Numbered from the stretch's first letter, positions 1 to 23,764 are shown. The stretch is 64,000 nucleotides of DNA from Phaeosaccion multiseriatum (GCA_965112735.1 OZ218962.1:3267856-3331855), one strand, 5' to 3'. Numbers and translations: made by a program. The notes: a model not told the origin generated them from the letters alone.

Positions 1-390
1 GGGAGACAAAGAGAGGGAGGGGAGAGAAAGAGAGGGAGGGGAGAGAAAGAGAGGGAGGGGAGAGAAAGGGAGGGAGGGGAGAGAAAGGGAGGGAGGGGAG
101 AGAAAGGGAGGGAGGGGAGACAAAGAGAGGGAGGGGAGAGAAAGAGAGGGAGGGGAGAGAAAGAGAGGGAGGGGAGAGAAAGAGAGGGAGGGGAGAGAAA
201 GGGAGGGAGGGGAGAGAAAGGGAGGGAGGGGAGAGAAAGGGAGGGAGGGGAGAGAAAGAGAGGGAGGGGAGAGAAAGGGAGGGAGGGGAGAGAAAGAGAG
301 GGAGGGGAGAAGGTCAAGGGGGGGAGGGGAGAGAAAGGGAGGGAGGGGAGAGAAAGGGAGGGAGGGGAGAAGGTCAAGGGGGGGAGGGGG
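1..390. repeat. GA-rich tandem repeat, ~19-bp unit (GGGAGAGAAAGRGAGGGAG)
   Basis: Unit visibly repeated about 20 times; almost purine-only on the + strand; probably intronic to the ARM gene. Confidence 0.9.
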
Positions 391-467
391 CTGGGGCAGC
401 TCTGCACGGCGGCCTTGGACTACAAAGAGCGCCAAGCAGAGAGCACTTTCAACACCCCTGACACCCC

Positions 468-835
468 TGACACCAGGTACTGACACCAGGTACTGACACC
501 AGGTACTGACACCAGGTACTGACACCAGGTACTGACACCAGGTACTGACACCAGGTACTGACACCAGGTACTGACACCAGGTACTGACACCAGGTACTGA
601 CACCAGGTACTGACACCAGGCACTGACACCAGGTACTGACACCAGGTACTGACACCAGGTACTGACACCAGGTACTGACACCAGGTACTGACACCAGGTA
701 CTGACACCAGGTACTGACACCAGGTACTGACACCAGGTACTGACACCAGGCACTGACACCAGGTACTGAACGCCTGACACCAGGCACTGACACCAGGTAC
801 TGACACCAGGTACTGACACGCCTGACACCAGGCAA
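468..835. repeat. 14-bp minisatellite (CACCAGGTACTGA-core), intronic
   Basis: About 25 near-perfect copies of TGACACCAGGTAC-type units; produces the spurious 'VSVPGVSTWCQYL' ORFs. Confidence 0.9.
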
Positions 836-894
836 CCCCCAAGACAGACACAGCACACCCCCTGCCCTACTCACGCACTCACTCACGCACTCAC

Positions 895-11191
<10,297 letters not shown>

Positions 11192-11369
11192 GGTGTAGCT
11201 TGTTGTCGTCTCTTTCTATGCAGGCACCTTGCTCGGACTAGAAATGCGCACCCCGTCGGTCATGTGGTGGCTCTTGCCTACGCAATGCAGTGGTGCATGC
11301 AGACCTCTGAGCCTCTATCCCTCCTGCTTCTGTTTTTTTTCTCTCTCGCCTCCTCCTTTCCAGAAAACG

Positions 11370-11470
11370 TAACCGTAAAAAAGTGCCAGTTTGATAATTA
11401 AAGGGGTGGTCAAACGTGGTCAAAGTCAGCGTCAAGTGGCATTAATACGAAGCGTCAAAAGTGCCACACA
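11370..11470. mobile_element. Degenerate fragment of the MITE family seen at 24.5-25.4 kb
   Basis: Contains CGTAAAAAAGTGCCA and GCGTCAAAAGTGCCAC, which match the MITE terminal region; AT-rich intergenic context. Confidence 0.5.
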
Positions 11471-11616
11471 ACTCCCCCCCCCCCCCAAAACACATTGGTC
11501 TATAAAATACATAAAATAAATTATCATCTATGCTCTTGGAGCAGTGGCCTGCCCTTATGGCCTGCCCTTACTGACAGCGCCCCTTCTCTCTGCCCATATG
11601 CCTCCTCTGGTTACAG

Positions 11617-13045
11617 TTACAGTCGGTGCAGGATCTTCACCACCTCCTCGAAGGAGGGCCGCACATTCGGGTTCTGAGGGGGGGAGGGGGGGGCAGCAGA
11701 TGGCACCATATGGCAGCAACAGGGAACGTTAGTCGCAGCACTGCTCAGCAGGGGACAGGAGAGCCTACACTTTGCTACATTCACTGCCTTACCGTGTGCC
11801 AGCAGCGCTGCATGAGCTTGGCGGTGTTGGCAGGGCACGACGAGGGGATGCGTGGACGCTCTTGGCGGTTCAGCACCGCCGCCACCACCTGGCAGTGAGC
11901 AGGGCACACAGTAGGGAACAGTCAGTCAGTCAGTCAGTCAGTCAGTCAGTCAGGCCGTGAATCAGGCGTCAGTGACTCAGGCAGCAACGAAGGGCTAGTA
12001 ACTCAGTAAGTCAGTGAATCAGTACCTGCACGGGCTGCATGCCGCCGTAGGGGATTTCGCGTGTGTAAATCTCCCACAGGATGATGCCGAAGCTGAACAC
12101 GTCGGCCTTCTCCGTGTAGTGCTGCGAGTTGATGACTTCTGGTGCCATCCAATGGTACGTGCCCGCCTGCCCCGTCATCTTCTCTGAGGCGGAGGTGGCT
12201 TTGAAGCGGCTCAACCCGAAGTCCGTCACCTGTCGCGGAGAGAGAGAGAGAGAGAGAGAGGTGTGTTGAGGAGACAGAGGTGAATCAACGTGCATGATGC
12301 AACCCAAGCAACACCTCCTCACAAATGGCGTACCTTGGTGACCCAATGCTCGTCGATGAGCACGTTGAGGCTCTTGAGGTCCCTGTGGATGATGACGGGG
12401 TTTTGATTGTGCAAGTAGCGCATGCCCTCCGCAGTGTCCAGTGCCATCCTCCGCTTGTGCACCCACTCGAGCCGTACGTCCCTGTCTGCCAGCAGGGCCA
12501 TGAGGTTCCCTCTGCTGCAGTACTCCATGACGCACGTGACGGGCTGCACGGTGGTGGCCACGAGCGTGATGATGTTCTTGTGCCTGAGGCGGCGCAGGAG
12601 GGCGCACTCGGTCTTGAAGTCCTTGAGAGTCTTCTCAATGGGCCCTCCGCCGCCACCCACAAGCTTCTTCACCGCCACCTCGTTGCCCCTGGGGGGGGAG
12701 GGATCGAGAGAGGAGAGGGGAAGAGAAGAGAAGGGCTTCAGTCATTGGGAAGGACGGGGGTGGGGCAACACGCCACATCAACTAATGCCCTGCGTCTCTT
12801 GCAAGAGCCTCTCCTCTCCTCTCCTCTCCTCTCCTCTCCTCTCCTCTCGCCTCCCTCCCTGCCTCACCTGTAGATTCCCTTGAACACGAGCGCGAACGCC
12901 CCTGCCCCAAGCACCCCTGTGAGGCGCAGCTCGGTATTGAAGTCCACCACCCCGCCCTGCGCATGGAAGAAAGCGACGAGGTCCGTGAAGGCGGCGCGCC
13001 CCCCCGGGGTCAGGCGCTCCTTCCAGGGCTCGTGTCTGGCAGAGG

Positions 13046-13077
<32 letters not shown>

Positions 13078-16000
13078 CAGGGATGGATGGGGAAAGGGGT
13101 GAGGGGGTGAGCTTGCTGACTTGCTCTTACTGACTTGCTCGCAAGCAGCGACGGAGAGAAGACGCCATACACACGCTTTCAGGAAGGAGGTCGGAATTTG
13201 GCTTCAACACATACACACACACTCACGCTCTCTTGCATACAACACACGCGAAGGAAGCGAAGCTCGTACCTCGACATTTGGATGGCAAATGCGTCCTCCG
13301 CAGACAGCCCGGCCTTCTTGGCAGCGGCCACCGCCTCGCTCACAGAGTTCATTCCCTCTCTGCCGTCCGATGCCATCCCGTCCCCGCCCCCTCCCCCAGC
13401 CACAGCGGCGCCCGGGCTAGCCCTGGCCTGAGCACCCCCCTGGGGCTGAGCCTGGGCCTTTTTGGGCTTGGAGATGGCAGCCAACAGGCTCCCTCCGGAG
13501 GGGTCCGGCACCTTCCCGCGCAAGTCGTCCACCGGCAGGGCTTGGGCCGGGGCCTGCTGCTTCTCCGGCGGCTGCGGCTGCACGGGTAGTGGCTTCCTGC
13601 CTCCCTCCCGTCTGCTGCTGCTGCTGCCCTCTCTGCTACTGCTGCCCTCCCGTCTGCTACTGCTGCTGCCGTCTCTGCTGCTGCTGCCCTCTCTGCTACT
13701 GCTGCCGGCTGAGGGCTTTGCGATCTCCACGAAGGCCCCCGGGAACCAGCCCTTCCTGCCGTTGAGCTCCCCCAGCCCCCAGCCCTTCGCGTTGACGCCC
13801 TCGGTCAGCAGGTACAATGTGTCGCCCACCTGCACAATTTGATACGACGGAACGAGTGAGCGACTGGCAACGACACAGACGGGTGGCGCACAAAGGCAGC
13901 AAGTACAGGACAGAAGGCAGCGGAAGGGCGGCAAAGGCCAGAGACAACAACAGACGGACAGCCCACAAGTGTCATATCGATCGAGGGGAGGGGCGCGAGA
14001 GAATGGTGCCTCCCCTCCCGTCAGTCGTCACATCCGCAGTCAGCAGCCTCCCTCCCTCCCTACCCACCTTCAAGGAGAGCTGCTCCGGCCCCTGCTGCTC
14101 ATACGCGAACTTGACCACAGCCTTGATGGGCTTGGACTTGCGTGAGCTGCCATCCCTCCTCCGACTAGAACTTGAACTAGAACTACCCCCCCCGCCCCCG
14201 CTATTAGAGCCGCCGCTGCCGCCACTGCTGCCGCTGCCGCCCCTTACCCTTTCCGCGTCCTCCCCACTCCTTCTACTGCTGCCCCCCTGGCGCTCCTGCC
14301 CCTTCTCCCTCCGCTGCTGCCCCTGCAGCTGGCGCAGATTCTCCCTGTCTTTTTCCGCCGCCTTCTTCTTGTCCCTTTCCTCCTGCGCCGCCTGTCGCTC
14401 TCTCTGCCGCTGCTCCTCCCTCGCTGCCGCCAGTTTCTGTTGTTCCGCCTCATGTTGCTGCTGCTGCCGCTCTGCCCTCTTCCTCTCCTCCTCTTGCTGC
14501 TGCTGGCGCTGCTTGTGCTCCATCTCCTGCCTTCTCTTGAGGCGCTCCGAGAGGAGGAGGCTCTCCGCCTTGAGTCCGTCTTGCAGAGAATTCCGACCTC
14601 CTGGAGAGAGAGAGTGAGTGAGTGAGACAAGGGAGAGAGAGATGAACAAGAGGGGGGGAGAGAAAGGGACGCCCCCCCCCCCCCTCGCATGCACATACAC
14701 ACACACACACACCAACACCAACACACTCCCTCCCTCCCTCCGACTCACCGCCTCTGTGCGCGCCTCTCTTTGGCGGAGTGCTGCCCCCGTCTCGAGGGGG
14801 AAGGGGTGGAGGGGCCTTTCCCACTACTGCCAGCGTGCTACCGCAGCGGTCGGGGCTGTCGCCGTGATTGCTAGTGCCCTGGCCGTTGGCCCTATCCTCC
14901 AACCCTCCTCCCCGGGGGGGCAGAGGGGGTGGGGGCGAATGCGACAAGTCCGCCCCCCTCCCTGCTGGACTCTTGAAGCCTTGCGAGAAGCCTAACCCTA
15001 ACCGCGAGGGCACCGGCGGCCCTTCCACCCCCCCTCCCCCTCTCTCTGCGGTGTCGAAGCCGCTGAGAAGGTCCACCTGGGTCGGCCCGGCGGCGGCAGA
15101 TGGCAGCGTATGACCCGGCCTGGGCTTGGGCGGAGGTGGCGGAGGGGGGGGTGGGTGCGCGGCGGCCACAGATGACGACGACGAAGAAGACAACAGGTCC
15201 ACCGGGGGCTGATGTGCGGCTCTGCCCAAGGGCGATCCCGCTCTCTCTCCGCTTCGCTCTCTGCGGTGCTGCTGCTCCTGCATGGTTTTGTTGTAGGCCG
15301 GCGGCGGCGGGCTGGTGCTGTTGCTGGCGGCCCGCTGCCGCTGCTGTGCCACCATTTGCTGGAGCTGCTGCAGCTGCTGCTTGTCGCCGCTCCTGCCCCG
15401 CTCGGCCCTGCCCCCCCTCAGCCCCGGCACCGCCCCGTGCGCCGCAATAGTGACCGAGTTGTGCCCAGAGGCGGGTGGGATGAGCATCCAGTCGGGCGTC
15501 AGCGTCTGCGAGCCGCCGAGGTGTCGCTCTGAGCGGAACATCTCGTCCATGTCGACTCGGTCTCCCTCGTCGTCGGACACGTCGCTGAGGTCATCGATGT
15601 CGTGATCGTCCTCTGAGTCCCTCACGGCCCCGTCGCTGCCCTTTCCTCTGTCCCCCCCCTCCCCGTCCTTCGCCCCCCTCCCCCCCCCTACAGCCGCCTC
15701 ATCATCGTCGTCGCTTTCTCCGAAATGGTCGGCGTCTGCCAAGTCCGCCCCCGGCACGAAGCGAGGCGAAGACGACGCCCCCCCTCCTCCTGCTCCCGCC
15801 GCTCCTCCCTCCCCTGCCAGGAGGGTGCTCCTCTGCTTGATGAGGCCGCTCATCTTCTCCTCCATCCGCAGAGAGCGCAACGCCTCCATCTTGGAGGGGG
15901 GTCTGCCCAAGCTGCTGCTGCTCCCCCTCCGCCCCGCCCGACTTCCCTCCTCGTTGCCCGCTCCGCCCTCCCTCCCTTTGCCTCTCCTGTCCCTGCCCCT

Positions 16001-19000
16001 GCCTCCTCTTGCCTTGACGCGTCGCCCTCCCTTCCCTTCCTCTCTCTCGATGGCATCGTCTGCCCCCCTCGGGTCCTGGAAGCGTTTCATGCTGCTCTCC
16101 ACAGCGAGGCTGCTCCCCCCCGCCCCGGTCCCCACGGAGCCTCCCGAGCCGGCCCTCTCTGAAGGCGACCCGTCTCCCCTCGCCCTCCCGGCCACCGATG
16201 CATTCACCACCTCTGCCCAGGAAGTCGAGGTCGCTGTCGGTACCGCTGCCGAGGCTCCCTCCGCCGCCCTGGGGGTTGCCCCGCCCACCTCCCTCCCGCT
16301 CTGCAGCAGGCCTGCGATGGCCTCTTGGTTGAAGGGCGTCTCCCGGGGCAGGGAAGGCACTCGGCACAGGATGTACACCTCCGCCACACCTGGGGATGGC
16401 AGCAGACGAGGTGGAGAATGAGAGGAGGAGAAGGTGGAACGTTGCTCCTAAGCCTAACCGCCTATCCCCCCCACGCGCTTGACTGTCGCTGCAAAACGGA
16501 CAAAGACACACACACACACCTGCCGCCCTGTCGTAAAAGTCTCTGAGCACCCCGAGCTGTTCGTTGTACCGCGCGATGAGCTCCACCAGCGAAGGGGAGA
16601 GCTCCCTCTGGCCGCGGCTCGCATTCGCTCCACTGTTCGTCCCGTCGAATTCCACCATGTGCATGAGCAGGCGCGTGGCGGCGTTGACGGTAACGTACGT
16701 CTCCTCCACGAGAGGCAGCAGCATGGCGCCTGCCGTGAGCCGTCCGCTGCCATCCCCCTCCTGCCTGTCGAGCACGAGCCAGGCCTGCCGCTGGGTGGCG
16801 AGCATGCTGCCCTGCAGGTCAAGCAGGCGACGTGCCACCTGGGGAGGGTGGGATGGCAGCAAACGGGGGGGGGCACACAGCAGGCACAAGGGGAGGGGGG
16901 CAGGCACGCGTTGAGAGTGGTGCGGGAGGAGTGTGTCGTTTGTGGCCCTTTGAGCAAAGCAAAACAGACCCTCCCTCCCTTCCGCCCCACACGCCTCTAA
17001 CCTGCTCTGCTCTTTGGTCATCCCCGAAAACGACCCCCTCTTGCCCCTCCCCCTGCCCCTCCTCGCCCTCTGCAGCCGCAGCGGCGGGGTTGTGGCCGGA
17101 GAAAAACGCCGAGTACTCAGGGTGGTGCTGGTGGAATTGAACCTTTAGATGCAGAGGCGTATGGGGAGGGACAAGCGCAGTTTGTGAGAGGGCGAGAGAG
17201 CGGCGGCGGAATGCGAGCAAAAGGGAGCCCGTCCGTCCGCACAACGCACACACAAAACAAACAGACACGCAGAAAGGCCGTTCCTCCGTCCCTCCGTCCC
17301 TCCGTCCCTCCGTCACCCCTCACCTTGAGTACCAGCGCCTGGGCGAATTGCCACACGAGCTGCGCGAAGAGCGGGTCCGTACTGTCCGGCCCGCAGTCCC
17401 CGCCCCCCTGGGACGAGGGCCCCTGGGGGCTGCCCCCTCCGCCCCCCTGGGCATCCCGCGCGCTCCCCGGGTGGTAGTAGGCCCCTCCCCCTCCCGAGCT
17501 CCCGGGGTCGCTGTTGTGGCCGCTTCCCCCCAGGCCGGCCGCCTGAGTCCCCCCTGCTCCCTTCCACATGTCTCCGATCTCCTGCAGCACCCCGCAGTAG
17601 GTGGAGCACTCGGCGAGGCAGTGGGGGGGGCCGTGGCGCAGCACCTTCAAGGTGGTGATGAGGGCCTTGAGGGCCACCACTGATGACTCCGCTAGGGGGC
17701 GGTACCGCAGCAGCTGAGGGGATGGCAGTGGAGTGATTTGAGTTTTAGACGCGGAGGCACTCGCGGTATTGGCGGTAGTGGGGAGTCCGAAGGGATGGCA
17801 GTGAATGGGTGGATGGGGACGCAGGTACTTGGGCTTGGCCTGCACAGATCATGACATCATTACGTGACCTTACGTACAACGCACCTGGAAGTAAAGGGTC
17901 AGTGACAAGTCGCCCTCCCACAGCGCAGCGATTATCATGCGCAGGTACTTGGCCTTGGGCCCCCCCGGGGACCTGATGGCAGTGGATGCGGAGAGAGGAT
18001 GGCAGTGGGTGGAGGCAATGAAATGAGTCCGTCCGTAGGGAGTGTCAAGTATCGAGAGAGTACAGCTCTCTACAGCAGGCCACACGCGCCCCTGTCTGCC
18101 GCGACAAGGCGACATGCTTGCACATGGCAGCAATTCAATTCAATTCAATTCCCTCCTTCTGCCCACCCGGCCGGCAGCGAAACGGTCCTTGTCCTTGCGG
18201 TGGCAAGCACTTAGTCCTTACTTATGGCCCAAGATGCCTCTGCCCTCCCTCGGGCCCTTCCTTGTGCCTCAGCGTCCTTCTCTCCGTGCTTAACTCACTC
18301 ACTCACTCATTCACTCACTCACTCACTCACTCACTCACCTGCTTGTGGTCTTGAGCAGCCACAGCTTGTAGCGCTGCTCCCCCCCGAGGAGCTTGTACCA
18401 CTTGGAGGCAAGCGTCTCCCCCATGCGGTTGCGCCACACCAGAGTGCCGCCCGCCCTGAGGCCATGAGGTGATGAGGCGAGTGTGTGGAGAAGACATGTG
18501 AGGTCAGGACACGCACAGACAGAGACAGACAGACAGACAGACAGGCAGACAGACAGACGGTACAGAGAGGCAGACAGACGGACAGACAGGCAGATAGACC
18601 GGCAGACAGACAGAGACAGGCAGACAGGCAGATTGACACACAGACAGACGCCACAGAGAGGCAGACAGACAGACAGACAGCCAGACAAACAGACAGACAG
18701 ATAGACCGGCAGACAGACAGATAGACAGACAGACAGACAGACAGACCCGGCGCCCTGCATCCACCGCACCCACCTGGGCATGCTGTTGACGCCGCTCCTG
18801 CCGAGAGAGTCTCCGCTGCCCAGCGTCGGCACATCCCGCGTTGGCGTCAGCCCCCCCCCGCCGGGGTACTGTTGCTGCCCATATGACTCTCCGAGGGGGC
18901 TCGGCGCGCGCTCGCTGCCGGTGCGCACCGTCTGGAAGTCTACGGCCTGCCCCTGCCCATATGCCTGCTGCAGCTCCTTGGCCCCGTTGCCCCTCCCATC

Positions 19001-20782
19001 CCCGCCGCCTTTGGGGAAGTGAAAGGCCTTCTCCTCGTCCTTGTACTCCTCCCCCTGTGGCCAGTGCTGCAGCGCCCCGCTCCTATGCATCTCCACGCAG
19101 CGGTGCCACACCTTACGTAACGGCACATGTAAACAGAGCATTGCTCAGGTATGTCTCTGCCGTTGCTCTCTCACAAACACACACACACATTCCTTGGCAC
19201 GCTCGCAAGCACCACACGCACGCACTCACCTCGCTGCACGTGGGCCTCTCATCCGGGTTGGAGGTGAGGCACAGCTGCATGAGCTCGGCCACCCCCCGGG
19301 AGTATCCGCCCCCCTCGGGCACCTTGTCCTCCTTGCTGAAGCCCCCGAGGATGCCCTGCGCGCCCCCCCTGACGCTTCCGTGGCGGTCCTCGAAGGGCGT
19401 GCGGTGGAAGCAGAGCTCGAAGAGAAGCACTCCGAGGGCCCAAATGTCCACCTTCTCGGACACTTTGAAGCCCTGGTACAGGTCCACCTGGAGAGCCATA
19501 CGGGTAGGGCAAAACGCTTTTAGACAGGAAAACTGAAAATTGCATCGCATTGACAACGGACGAGCGCTCGCCCCCCCGCCTGTGCCCGCCCATATGCCCG
19601 CCCATACGCGCCCACAGGTCCGCGGTAAGCACACACATGGCGCCCTCAACTCCCCTAATGCCATACGCCTCTAACCTGCTCCGGCGCCCTGTAGGCCGGT
19701 GTGGTGTGTCTCCGGATGTCCTCCTTGGCGGCCTCCACCTGTCCGGGCCGTGTCCAGTCCCCCAGACAGGCGTGCGTGGTGCTGCAGCTGCTGAAGTCGC
19801 AGAGCTTGACGGCCCCGTCGTGCGCAAGCAGCAAGTTGGACACCTTGAGGTCTCTGTGCGCGATGGGCGGGTCTTGGCTGTGCAGGTGCTGCAGGGCCGA
19901 GAGCGCCTCTCGGAAGATGCGCAGCACCTCTGCTTCCTTCAAGCCGCTGCCGCCGCCCTCTACTGAGCGGCGTAGCTTGGCGAGCACGCTGGAGGGGGTG
20001 CAGAGATGGATGGGGGAGGGGGAGAGATGGAAGGATAGCGAGACGAGAGAGAGAGAGAGAGAGAGGAAAACAGAGAGCGAGAAAGAGAGGGAGGCACAGA
20101 AAAGAGCGAGCACAGTCAAATCCAAATATCATGACAAAGAGCATGGCCGACTACTTGATCCCTCCCCACCGCAATGACGAAAAACACAAAGGTGCGCGCC
20201 GCAATGTACCGCCCCTCGCCCCCCACTCACCTGTCGGGGCAAAACTCGGTGAGTATGTAGTACTCCACCATGCCATTGCCCCTCACGATGCCAGAGTCCT
20301 CGTGCCGCACGATGTGGGGGTGGGGGGCCAGGCTGCTCAACATGGACTGTCGGAGGGGGGGAAGAGACAGCAGTGAGGAGGTGAAGAACACGAATACACA
20401 CCACACGGAGGAAAAAATGATACATTAAACCAGGCAGGCGGCATCGCTCCACTCCCCGGCATGGCGCGTGCAGGCTTGCCACCCTTTATGCCGCAAGAGC
20501 TTGCCCCCCTGTATCGCCCCCTCGCCCCCCCCCCCTCCACAGCTCCCGCTCCCTGCACCGCACTGCACGCACCTGCTCCAGCACCGCCACCTCAGCTACC
20601 TCGGGGCTGGCGAGGTTCCCGTCCTGGTCCCTGGGCACGCGGATCATCTTCAGCGCGAGGTCCTCGCTGGTGCGCTCGTCCTGAACCTTGTAAACATAGC
20701 CATAGCCGCCCGCCGACAGTTCGCCGTGCACGGAGATGCGGCGCGAGTTGAGGGTCACTACGTTGGACTGGCCATTGCCCAT
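11617..20782 (-). CDS. Dual-kinase protein: NAK (AAK1/GAK-like) kinase - ANTH domain - low-complexity/coiled coil - SH3 - TKL (Raf/MLK-like) kinase
   Basis: ATG at 20782 (MGNGQS), stop at 11617. Phase-consistent exons: 20782-20573, 20346-20231, 19988-19676, 19487-19230, 19111-18774, 18455-18339, 17972-17885, 17713-17324, 17142-17002, 16838-16520, 16389-14749, 14600-14068, 13829-13270, 13035-12868, 12688-12334, 12229-12026, 11888-11793, 11673-11617. NAK motifs: GGYGYVY, ALKMI, PPIAHRDLKVSN, TTPAYRAPEQVDLY, DIWALG. ANTH motifs: KTTS..PKAKYLR, VVALKALITTLKVLRHG, VPSLP. SH3: AVVKFAY..LSLKVGD..GW..GWFPGAFVE. TKL: GAGAFA, VAVKK, HRDLKSLN, DFGLSR, GTYHWMAPE, RPSF. Confidence 0.88.
18515..18746. repeat. 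Degenerate (GACA)n microsatellite, intronic
   Basis: Visible run in intron 18773-18456. Confidence 0.85.
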
Positions 20783-21481
20783 CCTCTCCTTTCCTACAGT
20801 GCACCCCCCTCTTTCTTTCCGGCAGGCTCGGCTGTTTGGCCTGCCTTAACTCTGCTCAGTCGGAGGCAGTGTCGCTCTCCCCTGCCCCCCCCGCCGAGCC
20901 AAGCAGTGCGACCGCCGCTTCCTGTCACTTCGTTCAGATCATGGATAAAGTCAAACGCCCTCCCCTTTTCTTGTCTCTCGATATCTCTCGCCCTCCCTCT
21001 CGCGTCCAGCGCTTCCCCGCCCAGTCCCCGCGGATAGGAGCGGGACCTACCACCCGGAATCACTCTCCAGCCCAGGCATTCTCTCTCATGAGACGGGCCC
21101 CTCTTGCAGGGGGGGGGGGGAAGCTTGAAAAATTGGAAAAAAGGGGCAGGGGGCGGACTTTTTCAGTCCTCGCCAGCCGCCCGCGCTGCTGCCACTCTTG
21201 CCGCTGCTCCCACCTCTCTTGGACGGAGGAGCTGCTCCAACCTTGTTTCCTTCCTTGCCCTGTCCTTCAACGGGATTTGCGACGCCTCACCTCAGAAATT
21301 AGTTTGCGTTTCAGGACAATAGCCGCCAACTCCCTCGTTACATCCATCCTGATCATCCTTTCAAGGCTGAACTATAAGTAGGATGAGGAGTGCGATTGAG
21401 TGATTCGCTGAGAGTCTGGTGTGGTGTTGAGGGATCAACGGCCCGACAGAGTAGGAAACTTGAGCATTGGGGGGGGCGGCC
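20783..21481. promoter_or_regulatory. Probable bidirectional promoter region between head-to-head genes
   Basis: About 700 bp between divergent ATGs (20782 on -, 21482 on +); no specific element identified. Confidence 0.4.
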
Positions 21482-22717
21482 ATGCTGCCCCAAGTAGTGG
21501 CAATGGGTGTCCGGTCCAGCCCACAACCCTCTTCGCAAGGGCCGGAGGATGGAGAGGCTGACGCAAGTCAGCAGCAGCAGCCGCAGCAGCTTCAGCAGCC
21601 GCAGCCGCACCCACCTCTTCGCCCTCGTTCGTCCGCCGCGACGAAAGGAGGGAGAGAGGCAGGCGGGGCCAGCACGACTGCTGCAGGCCAGGAGGAGGAG
21701 GAGGAGGAGGCCAGGCGGGGCTGGGAGCAGTACCGGGAGGAGCAGCAGCGACAGGAGCAGGAGCAGGAGCAGAAGAAGAACGAGCAGCGGCAGCAGCAGC
21801 AACAAGAGATGCTGAGGGAGGGCTCTACTCTGATACAGATGGATGAGAAGGTGTTGGTGAGGCCCAACTACACCCCGGACAGCCACGACGCGCTCCCGCA
21901 CTACGTCGCCATGTACAGCTCCAACGCACAGCAGCAACAGACGCAGCAGCAGCAGCAGCAGAAGCAGACGCAGCATCAGCAGCAGCAGCAACAGGGACTG
22001 GGACAGGGACAGAAGAAGGCGCAGGACGTGGCGTTTGGGGTGGGGCTGCTCAAGGCGCTGCTGCCCAACAAGAGATGGACCGACGCTGCGGGCGAGTGGG
22101 TGCAGTCCGTCAGCTCCAGGCAGCTGCAGAGGGAGGAGCTGCTGGCGCTGGGAGACAGGCTGGTCGAGAGGTGAGGACAGGGGGGCACTGTGCAGAGAGT
22201 GATGGGCATGTGGCGCGGTGCCGAGGGGACGCCGGACGAGCGAGAGAGGCCCCTCCCTCATCACACGTGTGTGTGTGTGTGTGTGTGGTGTGTGTGTGTG
22301 TGTGTGTGTGTGTCGTCGCTCCCTGTCGCCCTATGCACCCGACGCCTCAGGCTGGGAGACGCGCAGGCGCGGAGAAAGCCCGTGTGCTCTGTGCGGGAGG
22401 AGGCCTTCTCGCAGATGCTCGACGAGATCATCAGACAGGTGCGTGCGTGTGTGCGTGCGGGGGCTGGGGTGTCGCAGAGTCGACGCCATGTAAGACAGAG
22501 CTCGCTCTTGTTGCTCTCGTGCTCAGTCCGTCGACTGCCATCCGTCCGTCGCATCCAGGTGGCGGTGTCGTGTCCGGAGCGCGGGCTGATGCTGCTTCGC
22601 GTGCGCAACGAGCTGCGCATGAGCCTCGAGCTGCGCGTGGAGCTGCACAGAGACAGCGTCAACTACAGGTGAGCGAGGCAGGGATACGTGGAGGGTGGAG
22701 GGGTAGGCTGCAAAGTG

Positions 22718-22770
<53 letters not shown>

Positions 22771-23319
22771 GATGCCACGGCCACAGCCACAGCCGACCCG
22801 TCCTCTCTCGGGATGAGTCCGTGCCCCTGCCGGTGTTGCTACCACCCTATGACCATCTCCTGCGCAGCACCAACTGCTTCTTCTGCTGCTGTATCACCAA
22901 CTGTACCGCGCCAACTGTACCATCACCAACTGCTCAGCGTGGCCAAGGCTGACTCTGGCTTGCGTGCGCTGGAGAGTCTGGAGGAGGAGGCGCTGTCTTT
23001 GTCGGCCTCTCTGCAGCAGCTACGGAGGGACGTCAAGGCCGTGGAGCACGCCGTCTTGAGCGGTGCGAAGCGGGAGGCAAGCAAACGTCAGGCCCTCGAG
23101 GCAAGCAGGAAGGCGGCCAAAGCCAGGTACACTTACTTAAAACCCCCCTGCCCCCTCTATGTGAGTACCCGCCTAATGTACCGGCACCCCCCTGACGTGT
23201 GCATCGATCGTTTCAGCCTGGAGATGGAGAGGGCCGCGCTGGACATGTGGATCAAGAGCAACGGGGAGGGCGCCTCTCAAACGGCGTCTTCCGCGGGGGG
23301 GGGGGCAAAGGCTGCATAG
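21482..23319 (+). CDS. Axonemal inner-arm dynein light chain p28 (DNALI1/IDA4)-family protein, divergent, with Q-rich N-terminus
   Basis: Exons approx 21482-22170, 22351-22438, 22559-22668, 22938-23126, 23217-23319, phases consistent. Family-like motifs 'LLPNKRW..WVQSVS', 'QAR..VCSVREEAFSQMLDEIIRQVAVSCPERGLMLLRVRNE'. Start codon could be 21482 or 21503. Confidence 0.85.
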
Positions 23320-23764
23320 CCCTTCATAGACTGTCCGTCACCCCCCGGATGGCAGTCTAAGATCCTCTGCAGGACCTGTGGCGTCGCTGCGGACTCCGCC
23401 CACTCACCATGGGGAGGCATATGAGCCGGCCGCTTCGCTCGACACTCCGGCCGCTACGCTGGCCATCCCCGGAGGGCGGAGGTCAGTGAGGGTGAGCAGT
23501 GGCTGCTATCAGCCGTGGATACCACTCCCCCCTGCCCCCTGCTGCTCCCCAGGCGGGCCCGAGAGCCAGAGCTAGAGCCAGAGCCAGACAGCGACTGCTG
23601 CCCACTCGACTTGGGGAGTGTTGGAGAGTGTTGGAGAGCGGGTCCGGTCCCACTGGGGTCGAGGGCGGCGTCGGGGCGGGAGCATGCGAGGCGCGCCCTC
23701 CTCCCTCTGCTGCGAAGCTGAAACGGACAAGAGAGAGCGACAGACACGAGGGAGGGCAAGCTGA

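Noticed and set aside
390-470. Terminal exon of the ARM gene
   Set aside because: No phase-0 acceptor gave a convincing ARM-like continuation.
11617-20782. Two or three separate genes (NAK kinase, SH3 protein, TKL kinase)
   Set aside because: No stop codon or intergenic gap; all junction phases join into one frame. Transcript confirmation is still needed.
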